Part shown: positions 37,301 through 49,664 of the stretch, in pieces | Numbering within the stretch: position 1 is the first letter of the stretch | Layout of the letters: the number at the start of each line of letters is the position of its first letter | DNA from: Ancylonema sp. | Taxonomy: Eukaryota | Direction: 5' to 3' | Length of the DNA stretch: 56,166 bases | Assembly (NCBI GenBank): GCA_050230475.1 | Contig: JBFLGF010000040.1 | Location: 62,001 to 118,166, forward strand | Program-made: the position numbers and the translations under genes | Notes under the pieces: generated by a model | What the model saw: only the letters and a program-made list of their open reading frames with translations | Told to the model about the DNA's origin: nothing | The model's database searches: none

Positions 37301-40300
37301 CTCCCCATCCCGCTCCCGCTCCCCCCCCGTCTCCGACCTTCCCCCACCTCCCTGCTTTTCCTCTCCTCCCCCTAAGACTCCCTCTTCGGCGAGATGAGCG
37401 CTCTGTTCTGATACCGCCCCTTTCTTTTTCGCCCAGCTGTACTTGGGGTTTGGGGGTGCCTGTCCGGGGGACGTGTCTCCCTCTCCCTGCAGGAGATTCT
37501 TCCGGGCAACTTCCTGGGAACCTTCTGCAGGAGATGCTGCTGCTCCTGCTGCTGCGGAACCTACCCTGGAACCTTCGTTTTCTCATTTCTGTTCCTCGAC
37601 GGACAGCGGGAGGAATTTAAACTCGTCCAAGTCGGCCACTCTTCGCGACATCTTGTAGCCGCCCAGACCCGCTCCAGCAGCTGCACTCTCACCAATTTAT
37701 ACCGAAAATGAGTCAGTTTTGGGTGACCAACTTCTTGAGTCTTCCACACGGAAGATATCTGGTGCTGAAAGAACAGAGATACGCTGCTGCATACTGGTTC
37801 TAATATACCATTTTGTTGCTTCTCAAAAAAAAAAATAAAAAAAAATCAGAGACACGAACTGCAGCAGCAGTATCAGCTGTCTCCGCAACATGAAGCTCTC
37901 CCAGCTTTCAGCCTGCCCCCTACCCTATTCTTCCTTCGCTATCCCCCCTTCCATTATGAGCCCACGAGAGCTGCCAAGCTGTCCCCCCACCTCCAAATGA
38001 GCCCACCACCGCTGCTGCCCCCGCCGTGGTGGCCGCTGCTGTGGCCAGACTGGCAAACGCAGAGCCCAGGATGGGAACGGCGGCCATGGTCGGTGACAGG
38101 GCTGCCAGCCCAGCAGCGATGGCTGGAGCTGCCAGGCCTGCAAGACCACCGAGGGAGAGAATGGGAAAGACATGACATCGTCCATCCACACTTTCTTGCA
38201 CCTGGCATGGGGTTACGGTTCTTCCTTTGCTGTTCTTGTACAGGAGAGTACAAGTAGGTCGGTGCCGAAGTGTGGATTTGATTGCAGAAGAATAAAAAAT
38301 TCCGGACGGTGCGTCACTGGACACGCGATTCTAAACACGGGAAGCGTTGTCCATGATCTCTTCTGGCCCTCTCTATGCATGTTACTGGGATGTACGGAGA
38401 AGAGACTGTAGGGGTGGTGCTCCTACCTCCCGTAATCGCCAGGATTGCTCCTGCTGCCACTGCCGTTCCCCCGATGAGGACGCCTTTCTGCCACTTTGCC
38501 CACGTGGATTTGGAGGGAACAGTAGTTGGCGCCACCTCCCCACCCCCAACCCCGCCTGTTTGCTTCTGAATCTGGGCCTGCATAGCGGCAAACGCCACCA
38601 TGTACTCCATGGACACCTGCCAGGGGAGAGAGAAGGGTGGGATACTGGCCACCCTCTGTAGAAACACCATCCGTGTAGGCACCCTCTGGATAGGGTCCCT
38701 CTGGACAGACACCCTCTGAATAGGGTCTCTCTGGTGAGGCACCCACCAGAATCTGAAAACGGAATCCATGACTGAGAATCCTTGAGAATCTGAGAGCACA
38801 CAATCTGAATAGAGTATAGAACTCAAAACTTGTAGAGGGAAACCATCTGCATAGGCACCCATGGAGTATCATCCAAAAGTGTGCCTGTAGAGAGGACTGA
38901 CGGTGTCTGCAGATGCCTTGCTGCATGCCACAGAGCATCAAAGCAGGGAGGAGCACACATGTGAAACAACCCTTCAACAAAGAGCTTAATACTTTATAAG
39001 AGCTGAAATACTTGCAAACTTTGATATGGTACCAGTCATTGGTCACTTTTTAAGCACTTTTTATTACAATCATGTTGAATTGTACCCAAATTCAGTGAGG
39101 CATCATGATATCTACCATTTTAGACCAGCTGACATCAAGCCACGAGGACAGAAGCCTGAGAGCAGCTCGGTGTCTGGCATCATATCCGGGGGGGAGTACG
39201 CTTTGGCCTTCCACTTCTGCCGGTAGGTCAGCGATGCAAGCTGATAGAAGCTCCCAGAGGACGGCGACCTTTAAGCTTCCTCTCAACTCCCTAATCTTAG
39301 ACTTCAGCGTCCCGGGAATGGAGGTGAATGTCCCCGAAACCGATACATCCCGCATCTTACTGCTGAGTGTGTCCTTGGTCTCTTTCTCCGTGTCGTTTTG
39401 TTGCTTCTCAGTCTGGAACATCGCATCTTTTACTTGTTCTTGATGAGGAGTGGCCACGACAGATGCTGTTTCCGCGTCGTTGATAACGATCTTCCCGTCG
39501 TCTATAACGATTTTCTCATCTACTGGATCTCCAGGCTGTGCAGTCCCCTCCACATCCGTTCTACCCTCCTTCACTCTCTCCTCCCTTCCAGATGTTTCAT
39601 TCACGTCGGTGGCACTCTTAGCTTTCTGGCTTTCCTCTAGGTCCTTGGTGACCTTCTCCTCCAAGAGCTTGCTGGCAATCCTTCTCCGTTCGACCTTGGC
39701 AGCGCGTTCTTTCTCCGTCTTGGCGGTGAGAGTGTCAACTGTTTCCGCCAGCTTGTCCGCTACCTTGACCTCCTCTCCGCTTTCCTCGCTGTCATGTGCT
39801 GCCAGCAGACTGATCAACTGCACTCCAGAAACAACGCATAACAGGTACTTTCGATGAGCAGATCCGGACTGCCTGACAACGACATTATAATATTTTTGAA
39901 TTATCGTATTCACCCACACAAAAAACTCAGAACAGAGGGCACTCTTTACATACCGCAGTCAGATGCGCGATATTGTCACGCTTGTCCGCAACTGCAAGAA
40001 GCTCTTCCATCGCCCAACCTTCAAGCTTCAAAACTCTGCGACCATATCACAGCAACACTCACTTACTTACGAGTTGAGCTCACGGGACGTTGGTGGAAAT
40101 CGGAGCTTCTGCAGCAGACCGCAAAAAGAGAAGTCGATGTGGGTGTGGTGTGGTGTACCTGAAGACATGTTCGCACAGACCGCTGTCTCGAGAAGTCCAA
40201 CCACCAGCGCCCGGTACACAAAGTTGGTGATGTTCTACGTCTGCAACGGCCAACGCGAATATACCGGCTGCCGCATACCTCTCTGTGTCCGTCAGCTCCG

Positions 40301-40304
40301 CCAT
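33520..40304 (-). CDS. DUF726 / TMCO4-like alpha/beta-hydrolase membrane protein (multi-exon)
   Basis: Exons encode, in order: LTDTERYAAAGIFALA, KVAVLWELLSAC, GYDARHRAALRLL, WAKWQKGVLIGG, GLAAPAIAAG, GAGLGGYKMSRRVADLDEFKF, AWPLAL..IDSTWSIAVDR, PVTLMGFSMGSRVIFSCL (GxSxG), VERVVLIGSP, GIAGIQ, DVTSFVSGGHSSY. Some exon boundaries and the start codon are approximate. Confidence 0.9.
38649..38745. repeat. Degenerate ~30-bp tandem repeat in an intron
   Basis: caccctctg recurs at 30-bp spacing (about 38650, 38680, 38710), with ataggg.c.ctctgg in two units. Confidence 0.6.
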
Positions 40305-41091
40305 GGGAGAGGCATCTGCAATATGTATGTATTCCTTGATTCTCACTCTGTTTTTTTCCTTAAGAGCTGATATTTTGTTACGAATTGCGAATTTGCTTAG
40401 ATAGACAGTGTGGGGAAGGAAATAAGAAGCCTTGTGTCTAATTCAGGCACACTGTACGGGGCGCTTCGCAACAATAGTATTTTTTTTTGCGTGCATGTCA
40501 CCTGCTCCGGATGAAGGTGGAGGGCCACACGTTGAAGTACGAGTACTTCAGATTTAGGTGTAGAAGGCCGTGAATTACAACAGTGACTCCCTACGGCCCA
40601 TCACCAGCCCCTCTGACCAACTGCAGCTTCGGACTACAGGCCGCCATCTCATGGCCGTAATCACCCACGTGGTACGACTGCTGACAGGTGCTTGACTGTG
40701 GTTGCTACTCTGGCACGAGAAGGCATCACAAGGGAAGCCGGTAAATATGTCAGCATGCAACGTGTCAGCTTTTTGGTTCCCGGCGAGAACATCCGATTTC
40801 ATTTCGTTCAACTGGTACCGGTAAAAAAAAAAAAAAACACTGGTACCGGTAGTTCTGTGGCAAATTTGGCCTCACAGAATAGAAATGCTCAGGGCTCAGG
40901 GCACAGGGCACATGGGTATCGTGGCAGTTCGAGCTCAATGATCCCTGATCCCTGATTCCAAATCGATACTGACCGTAGAGGCGCTATGGAGGGATACGGG
41001 AAGTTGCCCGATGATAAGCTGGATGCCACGTCGGCAAGTACACTGGCAAGCGCCAGTCTATCTCAGCTAATGAGCCAATGAGCCATGCCAA

Positions 41092-41126
41092 AAGTTCTGA
41101 AGTTCTGAAGTTCTGAAGTTCTGAAG
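41092..41126. repeat. (AAGTTCTG)n tandem repeat in the divergent intergenic region
   Basis: Four perfect 8-mers plus a partial copy. Confidence 0.85.
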
Positions 41127-41452
41127 GCCTCCTCGTGGCCCACATCTCGTTGGGCAACTTGCAGATGTCAAAGCACTGCAGAAAATGCCGCAAACGCCTC
41201 TAGCGAACTCCGGTTCATGGTAGGGATGAGTACGACTACTGACTTTACCATTTGAATTCAGAAGCGTTGGTTTGTGCTGTCCGACGCAGACAGTTGCAGG
41301 ACAAAAAAGGATCCCCCGTACATTGGTCTTCGAAGCTTAGGGAAAGGAGTCGCGTGAACCTGCAGCTAGGACCATAATGAGTGATTTTTACAACCACAAA
41401 CATATATAAACATCAGCAACACCCAAATTCAAAAGTCTGACAGGAAGCGACA

Positions 41453-44206
41453 ATGCCAGATCCTGGCCCTAGCCCTTTCGGCATGCCTGCGGCTGAGTAC
41501 TACCAGAAACATGGTATCCTTCATCGTTCGGAGTTCATCCAAAATTCGCGAGGCATTTCGCTGTTCACTCAATCCTGGCGTCCGGGTAGGTACTGTTGTT
41601 GATTGACTGGCCAATTTTAGACCTGTGATTAGCTTTTTAGTACCCTGTACGGATCAGTCGGTCAAACAAAGTTGCCCGCCAGGCGTGATGATACTTATGG
41701 TATTTGATCTCATGGTCTTATGGTCTTATGGTCTTCTGGAGGTGTCTTGAAAAATTCTCTTGTTTTACAATATTGCTACAGGGTACACGCGCCTCTAGTT
41801 GCAGCCATACCAAGGACCACTGGATAGAAGATGGTCAATACCAGTATTCCTGTCGGCTTTCTGCGATTATCATGATACGGAATCTTGTGCTCTCCTTTTA
41901 CATGGCCCCAGCATTTCCTCCTAATCTTCTCATATGTGAATTTTCTGGATGCTGTGCAGCCAACCAGACCGTTCTAGCAGTAATGCTTGTGTGCCACGGT
42001 TATGGAAATGACTCCAGCTGGCTTGTTCAGGTTGGAACTCACACCGATGACGCCAATGTGATACTTCGTGCTACATGTATATCTCATCTTCGTTCACACA
42101 CATCTATTTGGTGTCATCAGCTTCATGATTCACTGGTGAGTAGCTGCTCCGTTTATTACAAACCGAGCACACGGTGGTAGACAATCTGCTGATCGTGTCC
42201 CATTCCCCACCCTGCTCTCAGGTGACTTCGATACAGTTCGCATTGCAAGGTATGGATGTTTTCGCACTTGATTATGAGGGCCATGGTCAGTCCGACGGGC
42301 TCCAATGCGGCATCCGAAACTTTCAGACTCTTCTGGATGACTGCCTGAGTCATTTCAAAAATGTGAAAGCCGCCCCGGAGTTGCAAGGGCTGCCCGTATT
42401 TATATATGGAGAATCTCTTGGAGGAGCCGTTGCGATCCAAATGCTGAAGTGAGTACGGGGTTGTGTATCCGCTTCATAGCTACAAACAAGTACAAGAATC
42501 ACCCCCTGAACCAAGTCGCGGACTGCACTTTACCCCCCCCCCCCCCCCCTGTAATCAATCATTCGATTGCCCTTTTTTTTTTTGTTTTTTGTTTTTCCAT
42601 CCGGTGTTGTGAATATATTTGAGTGTATATTTAGTTACTGCCAGTATGTATCTCCTCTCACTCTCATTACAATCAACAAGCAAATTGAAATCGTATCGCC
42701 ATTGAAGCCCATATCTTGACGGGTTGAAAAGCTTCTGACTTCCCTTCTCTAAGCTGCAGGAAGGTGCCAGATCTGGCCAACGGCGTGATCCTGGCTTCCC
42801 CGATGTGTAAAATCTCTGACGCGTTACGTCCCCATTGGATAGTGATGGAGGTCTTCAGGGGCCTCGCAGCACTCATGCCTAACGCAGCCATTGCACCTGC
42901 CAGACTTTCCCTTGAGTGCGTGAGTTGTCTTTGAGTGCGTGATCGATCACGCCTGCGCTTGCGAGGACAAAACCTTTCTGTTTTTGCTGCTGGTGTCTCT
43001 ATGCTCTTGTCCTTGTCCTTGCACCATGTGATCTGATAGCGGTTGTTGTGACGATGACGAGGCGTTTGGAGGTTGTTTCTGGGCAGCAAGTCATTTCGGG
43101 ACCCTGCCAAGCGCGCCCTGGCAGCGGGCCACCCGCGGATGTATCGAGGCCGTCCACGCCTGGGATTTGCCGCCGAGCTGCTGAAAGTCACGGACCAAAT
43201 CGCGTCAGAGATGGAGGCGGTTACGTTTCCTTTCATCGTCATCCATGGAGAGGATGACCAAGTCACAGGTGTGCATCCCAGCATTCCCCCTCAGAGACGG
43301 AGGACGAGTTCAACAACCAAAATTCAATGTGCCGGCGTCGTTGTTGGTGTCCATTGTTTTGGTTCTTAGCATGAATTAAACTGTTGACTGTCAACTGAAG
43401 ATGCTGTAAACGAGACAACTAACTGATAACCATACACTGAGACAGCTTCAGTGGATTAATTTTTGCTGCTACAGGATTACATGTTGACCACAACAATTGC
43501 ATCAGACAACTAGTGCAAGTGGCACAATTGGAATTGGATAGTCCTGAGTAGATATTGTTGGTGAATTTTATCTACCAAATTAAGCAGTTTTGCAATGAGC
43601 AGAACATTGAAGTCCACATTCATCCCTGTCTGCAATTCACTTCTCCGCGCGTTTGTATGCAGACCCCGCGGTGAGCAAAGAGCTTTATGAGAGAGCTTCT
43701 AGTGTGGACAAGACATTGAAGCTCTATCCCCACGCTTGGCATATGCTATTGGCAGGCAAGTATTGTGGGGCATACACGAATGATATACAAGGCTGTTGTA
43801 TGGTTTTTCCCCATACGTTTGATTATTTTATGGGGGGAACTGCCACCTCGGCCACACTTAGTTATTCTTCAAGCCTTGAGAAGCATTACTTATCACCTCG
43901 TTTCTGCGCTCCAGCTGCCCTCTTTCTTGAGTGAGACCATAGTGGAAACAAAGACTGGGGACGGTACGCTTGTGAAGCCAAATGGCCAAAGTCATCATCG
44001 TTCGGAAGTTGTATGTTTGTGCTTTGATCCGCTTGTGACTGAGGGTTGTGGTAGATGTAGAGCATGCTAAAGTCTTGTAAACAAACTGATAAGCAAATTT
44101 TCAACTTCCTTAGTTTATCGCAGGTGAGCCGGAGGAGGTTTCCTCTGTTGTTTGGGCTGATGTTTTGGAGTGGCTTCAAGCGAGAATACAAGCAACAAAG
44201 GCCTGA
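41453..44206 (+). CDS. Monoacylglycerol lipase / caffeoyl-shikimate-esterase-like alpha/beta hydrolase
   Basis: Seven exons: SPFGMPAAEYYQKHG..NSRGISLFTQSWRP; CHGYGNDSSW; DYEGHGQSDG..IYGESLGGAVA (catalytic Ser); GVILASPMCKI; YRGRPRLG..IHGEDDQVT (Asp); KTLKLYPHAWH (His); GEPEE..VWADVLEWL, ending in TGA at 44204-44206. Confidence 0.93.
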
Positions 44207-45040
44207 CATTGATATTGCGAACAAATGCAATAATATTTGCCGACTTTTGGAGTAGTTTAGTTTTTATCGGAGCGATTGAGTATCGCATCATGATGTACTT
44301 CGTGGGGAGGGATTCTCAGCTGGCTGATATGCTGGCTGGAAAGCTCGTTCCGCCAAGAGCCTAAGCTATCTATGTTTTATACGTTAGTAGGATTCAAGCA
44401 ATGGAGGAAGACTTCAAGGAGACGACAAAGTAGGCAAACGGCACCCGAGCGGTTTAAATGCAATGAGTTCGGCCACATCAAGTCGAATTACCGAGCGTTA
44501 CGAGGCCAGAATTCAGCTAGGTACATGCATCACTACCATTGCGGACACGTGGGGCAAAGTAGTGGCAATGCCTGATTCCGCCTTTAGAGAGGACGGAAGG
44601 TATAACCACCGGCAACAAAACAGTCAACGACCAGGGTAGGATCGGATGTTTGCAAATATTGCATATGTACTTGGCACATGCAAGGTGCACGCTAAACGAG
44701 AAAGACCCAAGCTACTGTTACGAGAAATCCCCCAATGATGGTCACGCAAATCCATTCTTCACCCGTTTGTACCCTTTTTGGGGTGGATTCCCTTATTTCT
44801 TATCGTCTTTTTTGCAAATTACTACATGATGTGCTTTAACAAGTTTCACTAACACTCGTTGCAATGAGTGCAAGCCATTGCCATGCCTTCTAGTACCTTA
44901 GCATCATTCCCGTAGTAAGGTTGTTTGAGATATGTAAAAGACGTTTCTGGTTGAGCCCTGGCTTCTTAAGGCCCCAAGTATTTTTTTGTTTGTTTTCCTG
45001 GTTTGGTTTGGGCCCCAAGAGAAGGGCATAACTTACATAA

Positions 45041-48000
45041 GGGAAAACTTAACAGCAGTTTTCCTAAAACAGCACGCAGACGTCAAATCGGGTACCGGCT
45101 GGCGGTCTGGCCGTTCGAAACTTGCCGTCAAATTACACGACGGGAAACCTTCACAGCATGCAGTCGTCCTTATTGGCGTGCAGGCGTCAAATGAACCGGG
45201 ATCCCGATCCCGATCCCGTTCATATTATCGCGTTTATTTTAACCCGAAGTGCCTGCGCTTAGAGCCATCCCTCGACCTCCTGTCTGTCACACTCACAGCT
45301 ATGGAATCTGGTTTCGTCAACTGCTAGTTGTTGTCCGTACGCAGATGAAATATCATGACAAGATCCATTCATTTTTTTCATTCGTGCGATTGAGCCTCAC
45401 GTGTTTGCCGCAAATCTTCATTCACACTTGCTACTGAAGAGCGTCAAGCATTTGTGTTTATAGTGTACCAGGCCAGTTTGTTGCACGAACTTCCTCGAAA
45501 GTTTTCATAAGTCATTAGCGATGAGCTTGCGATGAGCGCGAATTTATTCGGTCTGTCGTATTTTTGTTTGACTACTTAGAGCTAGTTTAGGGATCACTCC
45601 AGGTGGTGAACAGCGAACCTACATCGAGATTCGACGCCTGGGGAGGTGGCGAATAGTGAGGACTACAAAGACTACTACTACTTCATCTGATTGCCGCTTC
45701 CTCTTTTCTTTCAGAGAAATGCAATCGAATCCGGCGCTGGCGCCAATACTAGAGGCGCACTGGTGGGACTCTTCCTGCAATCCATGTGGCTTCTATTGCA
45801 TGTGGTGATAAAGTACTTCGCTGCGTCGTACTTCTTTGGGTCTGTTTCTGCAGTCCATCTGATGCATGTGCATCTGATCCATTTGTTGCATGTGCTAATA
45901 AAGTACTTCGTTCGATGTTTTGCGTGATGTATGCATATACATGCGGTTACATGAATATTTACATACGAACATTAAATCGTAAACATGCACACACGCTCAT
46001 AAGTACATGACCTCGTATGAATAAACATGCACATATGCGCTTAATCACTGACCTCCAAATACTTGAAGCTGATTTGAATTTGTATCGGGACGAAAACATG
46101 TTGGACATCAGGAAAGATAGTATGGAAGAAGAGGCGAAGGTGGAGCCACCATCGGTTTCTACACGTGAAGTGCGGAATGTGAGTGAGAGTGTGTCTAGCA
46201 ATGGGAACATGTGTATACTACAGGTGCATTTTGATAGTTTTTTTCAAAGGTGTGACCATGGCACACGTGCTCTTTGACCATAGCAACTTTTAACCCGTTT
46301 CATTGTTTCTTGCAGTGAAGTTCAACACATGGAAGTTCGGACTTGGAAGATGAAGAAGGACGAAGAAATTTTTGATCGTAAATAAAAAAGACATCACATT
46401 ACTTGCTAGGATTTTTTTCAGGTGGGGTACAAACTACAAACAAAGCATAGTGAATGTGCTATGTATGAAAGTAAATTAGATTGTGCTATGATTGATTGTC
46501 AGTTTCTTCTTTTTTATTTGAGACGGGCAACGCAAGAGACTCTTGATTGTTCTAACGATTGTAACCTCTTCCATTGTAACTTCCAATGCTGGTGAATCGT
46601 TTCTGATGCTCTTTTTGTTTCATCAATGGAATGCATCAGTCGTGAATTATATCTTAGACTTTGAGGAGAGCCAACTCTTTATTGGTATTCATGATTACTG
46701 GCATCTCTCATTCCTCATTCCTCATTCCTCATTTGAACAGTGTTCAACTAAAGACATATGCACGTGTATACGTGGGCGTTGGACATTTCTAATTACCGCT
46801 TCTTGTGCCTACATTATGGTTGTTGATTACAAATGTCTATATACAACGTAGTTTTGAATTTTCAACTTTGCATGGGTGACCCCTTTGCAAGTCATGATAT
46901 GAATCTCACTAATCAAGTGTGTGCATGTGAGGCGTAAATTGGTTACAACGCGCCCTCCCTATGCCTTCACAACATGGTTGATGTGATACATGTGTCTATG
47001 TACAATGTTGTGTTTAGACATGGCAGAGCGCACTCCATCGGATGTCATCATTTGAACTTCATTAATGAGAACATGTGTGTACGCCTGCGGTATGAACTTT
47101 TTGTTAAATACTTCAAAACGCTCGTTATCATACCCCACACCTAAATGTGAATGAGCATGTCATAACATATGCATATACACACAAAAAACATGAAATATGA
47201 AAGTCATACGCAAAGGAAAAAAAGAGCCTACTCTTGAAGAAGATATACCTAACAATATGTACAATTTGGACCTTAGTTGGCTGTCAATAAACTAAATCAA
47301 TGATTACGAAATTGTGCATGCATACTATTACAATGCATGCTAAATGCATACGATTTTTGACGATTTTTGAACTCCATGCTCAAGGTAGTAAACGCGTGTA
47401 TGCTTGGGCATGGAAAGACTGGAAGGAGAGCAAGCAGGTAATTGTTTAGGCCAGCGAACTTTAAGGCGTTATTTGAATGCTAACCATGACATTTATGAGA
47501 GTGATTATACTCCGAGAATTGTGGAACTGGCATGAATGATGGGCGCACTATTCAAGGGGGGGGGGGGAAGAAAACGGTACAATATCACAGCACAATTCGG
47601 TAATCTGCTATCATCAGCGCAACTCCACTGATAATTTAAGTCATACGTCCACAGGGTAATAGCAGTGTACTTTAGAGCCGCAATAAATTACTCACCATGA
47701 CAATTGTGAATCTCTGATGACGCCTATAATCGAGGCAGTGGCCACGGACTGAAGGCCGCACGGTTTAGGAGAGAGAGAGAGACAGCTATGGGGACAGAAG
47801 ACGATTACCAATCATCTGCGCAAATCCACCAGGAAATTGATATCAGGAGTACTGATCCTCACACGTCCACCAATGGGTGAAACATCACATATACAAGAAA
47901 ATCAATACTGCCAGGCGGTAATTGGATGCTCACCATGAAAGCTGTGATTCTCAAATAACGCCGAGAAGCGATGAACGCGGAATGACATGCGATATCGGAC

Positions 48001-48218
48001 TGTAAGAACGCACGATTCAGGGAAGAGGAAGGAAAGAGACCTGCAGCGTCGTGCAACAGACGATTACACAGGCGGAGGGCATGGGCTCGGGATCCCGGTT
48101 CATTTGACGACTGCTCCGGGTAATTTGACGGCAAGTTTCGAACGGCCAGACCGCCAGCCGGCACTCGACTTGACGTCTGCATGCTGTTAAGGAAAACTGC
48201 ATGCTGTTAAGTTTTCCC
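45041..48218. mobile_element. Non-autonomous Mutator-like element (possible Pack-MULE)
   Basis: Long TIRs starting GGGAAAACTTAACAGCA (45041-~45208) and ending TGCTGTTAAGTTTTCCC (~48088-48218). 10-bp flanks acttacataa / acttacttat. No recognisable transposase. Confidence 0.8.
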
Positions 48219-48862
48219 ACTTACTTATCAGAAGTCCGAACAACTCTGAAGAGTCCCTCTCAACAGAGACCATGTTTTCTGCATATTTTTTCCGAAATTA
48301 AAGGTAACTTGTTCGGATGAGTTGTGCTCAATCTCTGAATATTTCGTTTTCCGGCTTGGTGTTCCAATAAAAGAGAAAAACATATGCCACAATCGCTAAC
48401 CACAAAATATAATATATATCGCGTAGATACAAGGAAGATGAATGGCCAATACAGGGTCTTGCAGTACAAGATTTAATTGATACACACTATTCATAATTCA
48501 TACATAGATCGTACAATTTTTTTTTTTTTTTTAATGGAAGGATTTGAAGTGAACAACAAAAATATTGTGAAACGAAACAAAAAATAAAAGCACAATAATA
48601 GAGGGTCCCGATCGGATCCGGGATTTCCGATCTAAAGCTGATTGAGACCGGGTCCGCTTATGCGCCGATTATGCGCGTTTCAAAAACGGTGAATACCAGT
48701 TTGCACCCAATTTTTATCACTTGCACTAATGTAATTTATTGATTTTCCAATTCTATATTTTTCTCGACTTCCACACATCGTTATATGCGATAAATAGCGT
48801 TCTATGCACAACTGTATCAGGACATTCAATAACACAACTCTAATTAATTTAACTATTTTACT

Positions 48863-49234
48863 CATAGATGGGTCAGCACCGTGCGCAAGATTCGCGCACG
48901 CGTGCCGCACCGGGACAATTTCTGTAATCGACTGAAATTTGAAAGTAGTGAGTACTGACCATTTTAAGTAAGTAGTTCGATATAACGTCTTAGGCCCTAA
49001 ATTGAGTACTGCCACGTTGTAACCGTTTCACCAAACACATTTCATGAATTTGGAAACATCCCGGCACCCGTGGGGTGTAGGAAGTAACCCCCCCCCCCCC
49101 CGGGTAATAATAATATAATTTTAACACCTATGGGTCAGCGCCGTGCGCGAGATTTACGCACGCTTGCGTCACGCACGCGCAAGCGCACGCGTGCGAAACA
49201 CGTGCGAGACGCGCACTTCAAAGACCCATCTATG
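48863..49234. mobile_element. hAT-type MITE with GCGCAC subterminal repeats
   Basis: TIR CATAGATGGGTC / GACCCATCTATG, with an internal second copy of the left end at ~49130. TSD is not clear. Confidence 0.6.
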
Positions 49235-49664
49235 ATTTGTCCTCACAGAGTGTCGTTATCAAGGGCAATTTTATATTGGTAAAAAAGTTCAAAAAAATGT
49301 CCTGATATCGAGGTTACCTCTGTAAAGAGGGTCACTATATCGAGCGAGCACTGTGCTACTAATTCGAGACTTAAACACCTCCGCCCGTCGGCGGCATTTT
49401 TCTTCCGCGCGCAACCGCCAGTGGTAACACCGCCCGCAGACAACTACCGGACGAGGAACTTTCCGGACTAGGGCAATGCTTGAGTTGGCCATGGACCTCC
49501 TGGTGCGTATGAATACAGGTGTTGATGATATTACGAAATCGTATTAGGTTGGAGAAGTAAAAGATCCTTCGGGCATTGTAAGTTTTGTGCGTCATACCTA
49601 GCCCCTATCATTTGCAGAAGAAGAAAGAGCATCCACGCACGTCGGGGAACATTGTGAAAGCAGT

